DNA of 64,000 bases. Origin: a bacterium. Its GTDB lineage: Bacteria; Patescibacteriota; Dojkabacteria; JAKAPS01; JAJZLI01. Shown one piece after another: positions 58,400-64,000 of this stretch. The notes beneath the pieces are model-generated. The model saw only the letters and a list, made by a program, of their open reading frames with translations. It was not told the DNA's origin and searched no databases. The DNA is taken from the NCBI GenBank assembly GCA_021785355.1, contig JAJYFR010000001.1, positions 1,003 through 65,002 on the forward strand, written 5' to 3'. The stretch's first letter is position 1. Every line of letters begins with the position of its first letter. The position numbers were made by a program, and so were the translations under genes.

Positions 58400-58702
58400 A
58401 TGTCAAATACATTAAAAATAAAACCAATAGGGGATCAAGTTGTATTAAAACCTATTGTTGAAGACAACAAAACTAAATCAGGTATAGTTATTCCTGATAC
58501 TGTATCTAAAGATACTCCACAAAAAGGAACTGTAGTAGCCTTAGGTACAGGTAAGGTTCTAGAAGATGGAAAGAGAGTTGATTTCACAGTTAAAGTAGGA
58601 GACATGGTTATCTTTAAAAAATATTCTCCAACAGAATTTACTATAGAGGATGAAGACTATTTAATAATGTCAGAATCTGATATTTTAGGTATTTTAGAAT
58701 AA
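58400..58702 (+). CDS. groES: Co-chaperonin GroES (Hsp10)
   Basis: 100 aa. IKPIGDQVVLKP...KSGIVIPD...GTVVALGTG is a canonical GroES sequence. Confidence 0.9.
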   Translation: MSNTLKIKPIGDQVVLKPIVEDNKTKSGIVIPDTVSKDTPQKGTVVALGTGKVLEDGKRVDFTVKVGDMVIFKKYSPTEFTIEDEDYLIMSESDILGILE

Positions 58703-58725
58703 TTTATTTTAGTTTTTAAAAATAT

Positions 58726-60360
58726 ATGGCAAAAAAAGTAGTATTAAACGAAGAAGCAAGAGCAAAAATAAAGGTCGGAATAGATATTCTTGCTGATTCT
58801 GTAAAAATAACATTAGGTCCAAAAGGAAGATTAGTAGCTATTGGAAAAAGTTATGGTTCTCCTCAAGTAACTAAAGATGGGGTTACTGTTGCAAAAGAGA
58901 TAGATTTAGAAGATCCAATAGAGAATGTAGGAGCATCTTTAATAAAAGAAGCTGCAGTTAAAACCGCAGATCTTGCTGGAGATGGAACTACTACTGCTAC
59001 AATACTTGCTCAAGCTATTATTACAGAAGGAGTTAAGAATGTTGTTGCAGGAGCAAATCCTATGTCTTTGAGAAGAGGTATAGAGAAAGGTGTTGAGAAA
59101 ATAGTAGAAGATTTAAGAAAACAAAGTAAGAAAATTTCTTCTACAGAAGAAATTACACAAGTAGCTACAATTTCTGCAAATAATGATAAAGAGATAGGAA
59201 GATTAATAGGAGAAACTATGGAAAAAGTTGGAAAAGATGGAGTTATTACTGTTGATGAATCAAGAACAATGAATAACGAAATTGAATTTGTTGAAGGTAT
59301 GAATTTTGATAGAGGTTACGTATCTCCTTACTTTGTTACAGATACAGAAAGACAAGAAGCTATATTAGAAGATCCTTATATATTAATAGCAGATGTAAAA
59401 ATCTCTGCTATTAAAGATTTACTTCCTATTGTGGAAAAATTAGTACAATCTGGTAAAAAAGAATTGTTAATAATCTGTGAAGATTTAGAAGGAGAAGCTT
59501 TAGCAACTCTTATTGTTAATAAATTAAGAGGTATTATAAATGTTGTTGCTATAAAAGCTCCAGGATTTGGAGATAGAAAGAAAGCAATGTTAGAAGATAT
59601 TGCAATATTAACAAAGGGAAATGTTATATCTGAAGAAATAGGAAGAAAACTTGAAAATACCGAAATTGAAGATCTAGGTAAAGCAAGAAAAGTTGTTATA
59701 ACAAAAGATGACACCACTATTATTGATGGAGCTGGTTCTAAGGCAGATATTTCAGCTAGAGTGGATAGTTTAAAAAAACAATTAGAAGAAACTACTTCAG
59801 ATTATGATAAAGAAAAATTACAAGAAAGAATAGCTAAACTCACAGGAGGAGTTGCTGTTCTTAAAGTTGGAGCAGCTACAGAAGTAGAATTAAAAGAAAA
59901 GAAAGATAGAATAGAAGATGCACTTGCAGCAACAAGAGCTGCTGTAGAAGAAGGTATTGTTGCAGGAGGAGGTCTAGCTTTATTTAATGCATCAAAAGTA
60001 CTAGATTCAATAAAACTTTCTGATGAAGATGAAATGGTAGGTGTATCAATTCTTAAAAAAGCATTATCTTACCCTCTAAAACAAATAGCATCTAATGGAG
60101 GTAAGGAAGGTGAAGTTGTAATTGAAAAAGTAGGAGGAAAGATAGGATATAACGCATATACAGATGAATATGTAGATATGATAGAACAAGGAATTATAGA
60201 TCCTGTAAAAGTTGCAAGACTAGCAATAGAAAATTCTTCTTCAGTTGCAGTGATGTATCTTACTATAGATGCTGTAATTGTAGATATTCCTGATCCTGAA
60301 TCTAAAGGTGGTGCAGGAGGCGGAATGGGAGATATGGGAGGAATGGGTGGAATGATGTAA
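58726..60360 (+). CDS. groEL: Chaperonin GroEL (Hsp60)
   Basis: 544 aa. [46 protein letters not shown] and the C-terminal GGM repeats ([13 protein letters not shown]) are all canonical. Confidence 0.95.
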   Translation: MAKKVVLNEEARAKIKVGIDILADSVKITLGPKGRLVAIGKSYGSPQVTKDGVTVAKEIDLEDPIENVGASLIKEAAVKTADLAGDGTTTATILAQAIITEGVKNVVAGANPMSLRRGIEKGVEKIVEDLRKQSKKISSTEEITQVATISANNDKEIGRLIGETMEKVGKDGVITVDESRTMNNEIEFVEGMNFDRGYVSPYFVTDTERQEAILEDPYILIADVKISAIKDLLPIVEKLVQSGKKELLIICEDLEGEALATLIVNKLRGIINVVAIKAPGFGDRKKAMLEDIAILTKGNVISEEIGRKLENTEIEDLGKARKVVITKDDTTIIDGAGSKADISARVDSLKKQLEETTSDYDKEKLQERIAKLTGGVAVLKVGAATEVELKEKKDRIEDALAATRAAVEEGIVAGGGLALFNASKVLDSIKLSDEDEMVGVSILKKALSYPLKQIASNGGKEGEVVIEKVGGKIGYNAYTDEYVDMIEQGIIDPVKVARLAIENSSSVAVMYLTIDAVIVDIPDPESKGGAGGGMGDMGGMGGMM

Positions 60361-60384
60361 TTCCTATATCCTTCAAATAAAGAA

Positions 60385-60408
60385 AGGGAGTGAAAACTCC
60401 CTTTTTTA
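60385..60408 (+). terminator. Rho-independent terminator of groESL
   Basis: The hairpin gggagt-gaaaa-actccc is followed by TTTTTT, about 25 nt after the groEL stop. Confidence 0.75.
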
Positions 60409-60451
60409 TTATCTTCTTTATATATATAATATAAAAGTTAGTTTTTATGAA

Positions 60452-63136
60452 ATGGAATTAAATAAAAATCAAAGAGAAGCTGTTGAGAATATTACTACGC
60501 CATTAATAGTTAAGGCTGGACCTGGTACAGGTAAAACTCATTTAATAATTGAAAAAATTAAATATTTACTCTCTAAAGGTTATAGAGAAAATAATATATT
60601 GGTACTAACTTTCTCAAAGAAAGCTGTTGATGAGATAAAAGATAGACTTATACCTATATTAGGTTTATTTACAGAAGTTGAGGTGGATACTTTTCATTCT
60701 TTTGCTGAAAAGTTATTACGAGAAAATCATAAAATATTAGGATTAAAAAAAGATTTTATAGTTATGGATCAGATGGAATCATTTGTTTTTCTTTCTGATA
60801 ATATATTTAATTTTAATCTGAAAGAATTAAGACCTATATCTTCTCCTGACAGAGAAATAATTAAAATACTAAAATTTTTTTCTAAATTACAAGATGAAGA
60901 TATATCTCCAGAAGAATATATTAAACTTAAGAATAAAGATGTATATGCAGAAGAACTGTCTTATTTATATAAAGAATTTTTAAACCTTAAATTGAAAGAA
61001 TCAAAACTTGAATTTAATGATTTAACTTATTATTTATATCGATTATTAAAAGAGAATAGCGAAATTTTAAAAAAATATCAGAAAATATACAAATATTTAC
61101 TAATAGATGAATTTCAAGATACAAATTATATACAGAACGAAATAATATCATTATTAAGTCCTAATATAACTATTGTAGGAGATAAGAATCAGAGCATATA
61201 TAAATTTAGAGGAGCAGCGTTATCAAATTTTAATTCTTTTAAAGAGAAATACCCCAATTCAAAAGAAATAGATTTAGATATAAATTATAGATCTTCTCAA
61301 AATCTAATAGATGATGCTTATCTTTTGATGGAAGAGCATAAAGTTCTTAAATGTATAAAGGAATATAAAGAAGATTCGGTTAAAATATTGAGTTTTAGAA
61401 ATTCTCAAGAGGAAGTTAGTTTTATTAAAAACGAAGTGTTGTCACTTATTAATGAAGGTGTCTCTCTTTCTCAAATTGCTATTTTACTTAGGACAAATTC
61501 TAGTATTGGAGATTTTTCAGATATTTTTGCAGAAAGTAATATCCCTTTCTATACTAAAGGTATAACAAGTTTTTCTATATCAGCTGAAGTGAAAGATCTG
61601 TCATCTCTAATATATTTTTTAGAGAATTTAACAGATGATATATCATTTCTTAGAATTTTAAAAATGCCAAGTTTTTCTATTTCGGATGAAGATATTTTAA
61701 GCTTTATTAATTTTGCCAAAGAATCAAAAACTTCTTATATACATGCTTTCAAGAGGTTGATTCACGATAATATATTAAATTTTAATGTAGATAAATTTTC
61801 AAATATATATACTATTTTATCTAAAATTTCTAAAGAAGAAGGTATGGTTAATAAAATAAATATGTTCTTGGATGAAAGTTTTTATATGGAATATGTACAT
61901 AAAGATAGAAATGCTTATATAAGAAGAAAAAATATAGATAAATTTATATCTATAATAGAAAGATTAGAAAATAATAAAGTTAAACATTTTTCTAAATATA
62001 TAAAGAATCTAGATAAAGTATCTTTAGATGATTTTTCTGAAGATACAATTGATGCAGTATTAATATCAACAGTACACTCTTCTAAAGGTTTAGAATTTGA
62101 TTATGTTTTTGTCCCATATATGGTAAAGGATAAATTCCCTGTAAGAAAGAGATCAGATGGAATAGAGATACCTTTAGAATTAGTGCATGAAAATATAGAA
62201 GAAGTTAGTTTTTTAGAGGAAGAAAAAAGATTATTTTTTGTTGCAATTACTAGGACAAAAAAAGTTCTATATACAACATACTCAGATTATTATGAGGAGG
62301 GAAAAAACAAGAGAATAAAGAGTCCTTTTTTAATGTTTTTTAAAGAGAAAGAGGAAAGATTGAATGCTGAAGTTTCAATTAAATCAAAACCTAATTTTAT
62401 AGTTCCTGAAAATTTTGAAATAAAACAGTATTCATACTCGCAGTTAAGTTTATTTGATACATGCCCTTTGAAATATTATTATGAATATATCTTAAAGATA
62501 CCTAAGAAAAAGAATATTTCTCTCGAATTTGGAACATTAGTGCATAATACTCTTAAGGTATATTTTTCTAGAAACAATAAAAATGACAATATTGATGATT
62601 TAAAAGATATCTATGATACATATTGGAAATCAATGGATAAATCTTTATTTAAAGATGAGAAATATTTAAAAGAATATAAAGATATAGGGGAAGAAAGGCT
62701 TATTAGAAATATTGAAATATTAAAACCTAAGGGCGTGAGGAGTCTTTATGAACTTAATATAAATTTTTTATTAGATGATAAATATAAAATTGGAGGGAGA
62801 TTAGATAGAGTAGATTTTTTTGAAGATAATTCTATATCTATAGTCGATTATAAAACAGGTAAGTCTTCAAACCAAGATACAAGCTCTACTAATATGCAAT
62901 TGGGTCTATATTCACTTTTAGTAAAAAGTAAATTTGGAGATAATATTAAAGACCTAAAACTTCTTTTTACGGATGAGGGTACGGATATTTCTATTCCTTA
63001 TACCAAATTAAATTTAGAAAAAATTACTGATAAAATAAGCAATTTAATATTAAAAATAAATGAGTTAGAAATAAAAGCTACACCTTCATATATTTGTGAC
63101 TATTGTGAATATAAATCCCTCTGTTACAAAAAATAA
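60452..63136 (+). CDS. UvrD/PcrA-family superfamily-1 helicase fused to a C-terminal PD-(D/E)xK nuclease with Cas4/AddB-like Fe-S cysteines
   Basis: 894 aa. Walker A is GPGTGKTH and motif II is LLIDEFQDTN. The C-terminal domain has a Cys near CPLKYYYEY and CDYCEYKSLC at the very end, as in AddB/Cas4 nucleases. Confidence 0.8.
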   Translation: MELNKNQREAVENITTPLIVKAGPGTGKTHLIIEKIKYLLSKGYRENNILVLTFSKKAVDEIKDRLIPILGLFTEVEVDTFHSFAEKLLRENHKILGLKKDFIVMDQMESFVFLSDNIFNFNLKELRPISSPDREIIKILKFFSKLQDEDISPEEYIKLKNKDVYAEELSYLYKEFLNLKLKESKLEFNDLTYYLYRLLKENSEILKKYQKIYKYLLIDEFQDTNYIQNEIISLLSPNITIVGDKNQSIYKFRGAALSNFNSFKEKYPNSKEIDLDINYRSSQNLIDDAYLLMEEHKVLKCIKEYKEDSVKILSFRNSQEEVSFIKNEVLSLINEGVSLSQIAILLRTNSSIGDFSDIFAESNIPFYTKGITSFSISAEVKDLSSLIYFLENLTDDISFLRILKMPSFSISDEDILSFINFAKESKTSYIHAFKRLIHDNILNFNVDKFSNIYTILSKISKEEGMVNKINMFLDESFYMEYVHKDRNAYIRRKNIDKFISIIERLENNKVKHFSKYIKNLDKVSLDDFSEDTIDAVLISTVHSSKGLEFDYVFVPYMVKDKFPVRKRSDGIEIPLELVHENIEEVSFLEEEKRLFFVAITRTKKVLYTTYSDYYEEGKNKRIKSPFLMFFKEKEERLNAEVSIKSKPNFIVPENFEIKQYSYSQLSLFDTCPLKYYYEYILKIPKKKNISLEFGTLVHNTLKVYFSRNNKNDNIDDLKDIYDTYWKSMDKSLFKDEKYLKEYKDIGEERLIRNIEILKPKGVRSLYELNINFLLDDKYKIGGRLDRVDFFEDNSISIVDYKTGKSSNQDTSSTNMQLGLYSLLVKSKFGDNIKDLKLLFTDEGTDISIPYTKLNLEKITDKISNLILKINELEIKATPSYICDYCEYKSLCYKK

Positions 63137-63185
63137 AATAATGATATTATTTTATATGGTACAATGAAATCTTTAGGAAAATCTT

Positions 63186-64000
63186 TATGAAAAAATTTTT
63201 TGTGAATAAGTTAAAATTTAGTATATTTTTTGTGTTTTTATTAAATATTTTTATATACTATTTTATTCCTATAAATACATATGCTTCAAGTGGAAATATT
63301 TGTAGTGATATAGGTTCGGCTATATTTAGTTCTAATCCAAGTATAGTTAATGATATGTCTCTTGTTTCAGAATCAAGTAGTTCTAAGCTTTCTACTCCAG
63401 GAGTTATTTCTCAATTTACTTTAACTGAGACACTTAATTCTGGAGGTATACGTTCAATAGGAGTAAACACTTATAGTTGTTCAAATATAAATCCCCAATT
63501 AAGTTCAAGTATGTTAAGTAAGTCAAATACTCTAATGTATTATTATGATGCTAATTCTTCAGTTCCAAGTAAAAAAGAAGTTTATGAAATGGCTATAATT
63601 CCAACAAATCTTTTAAATATTAAATCTATTAATTTAAATTATAATATAAATAGTGCTTGTTCTGGTGTAGGCTCTTCGTACAGTAATGCTTGTATGTCTT
63701 GTATATCAAAAGGTATTAGTTCCTCTGGATCAAATAGTCAATATAATCATGTATATACGGATTTTGGTTGTATAAATACTTCTGTAAAAGGTATTATTAA
63801 TTTTACATATAAATTAGTATTAACAATAGGTTTTATGATAGCATTCGCAGTAATAATATTTTCAGGCTATCTTATTATGATGTCTGGAGGTGACCCTGAA
63901 CAACTTAATAGAGGTAAAAGTTTGTTGACAAAAGCCATAATTGGACTTTTGGTAATAGTGTTTGCTTATGCTATATTGATAACAATAGGTAATTTATTTA
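63186..64000 (+). CDS. Partial (3'-truncated by the window edge) secreted Ser-rich protein with a C-terminal two-helix hydrophobic hairpin (TrbC/VirB2-pilin-like or membrane-anchor-like)
   Basis: ATG at 63186 and the signal-peptide-like KFSIFFVFLLNIFIYYFIPINTYA. A Ser/Asn-rich region contains Cys pairs. The visible end reads LTIGFMIAFAVIIFSGYLIMMSGGDPEQLNRGKSLLTKAIIGLLVIVFAYAIL. It is not in the ORF track because no stop codon falls inside the window. Confidence 0.45.

Noticed and set aside
1-64000. CRISPR arrays, rRNA genes, integrases/transposases, and diversity-generating retroelement components (reverse transcriptase, TR/VR pairs)
   Set aside because: I scanned for regularly spaced short direct repeats, conserved rRNA and tRNA motifs, DDE/tyrosine-recombinase signatures and RT YxDD motifs and found none. 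The near-identical repeats in the S8 and GH18 genes are in-frame protein repeats, not DGR TR/VR pairs, and no RT gene is present.

Overview
AT-rich (~28-30% GC) bacterial chromosomal segment read with the standard genetic code (UGA acts as a stop). Recognisable Shine-Dalgarno sequences are mostly absent. Housekeeping anchors are a short valS (3090..5273, -), murJ (56481..58316), groES-groEL (58400..60360) with a clean rho-independent terminator, and a UvrD-type helicase fused to a Cas4/AddB-like nuclease (60452..63136). Most of the window is a very large cell-envelope glycan locus with at least 15 glycosyltransferases: GT2 (including a GtrB-like polyprenol-phosphate sugar transferase and a DPM1-like synthase), several GT4, one GT-C membrane transferase, and a 990-aa methyltransferase-GT2-GT4 fusion. 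It also encodes a Wzm/Wzt ABC exporter whose Wzt has a C-terminal extension, a lipopolysaccharide-kinase-fold protein, methyltransferases, an SDR and a HAD hydrolase. The most striking content is three signal-peptide proteins (5408..6889, 15870..17945, 17945..20041) that share a ~44-aa tandem repeat I do not recognise (GYYxLTxDGGVYTFGNAQFxGS..., about 6 copies each) but carry different heads: a subtilisin S8 protease, a GH18 chitinase-like domain, or a non-enzymatic beta-sandwich tail. Their repeat units are near-identical at the DNA level. Other content: three PIN-domain toxin-antitoxin pairs; a membrane-anchored FtsK/HerA/VirD4-like ATPase next to a wHTH protein, possibly a mobile-element remnant; a peptidase S51; two alpha/beta hydrolases; a solitary PD-(D/E)xK protein. 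There is also a ~80-bp duplication of the valS 3' end flanking an inserted gene, a chimeric gene remnant (34502..34690), a conserved extended promoter motif shared by three unrelated hypothetical genes, and a 30-bp tandem repeat in a divergent promoter region. No rRNA, tRNA or CRISPR was detected by eye. Phylogenetic placement (possibly an uncultivated low-GC or Patescibacteria-like lineage) is inference only.
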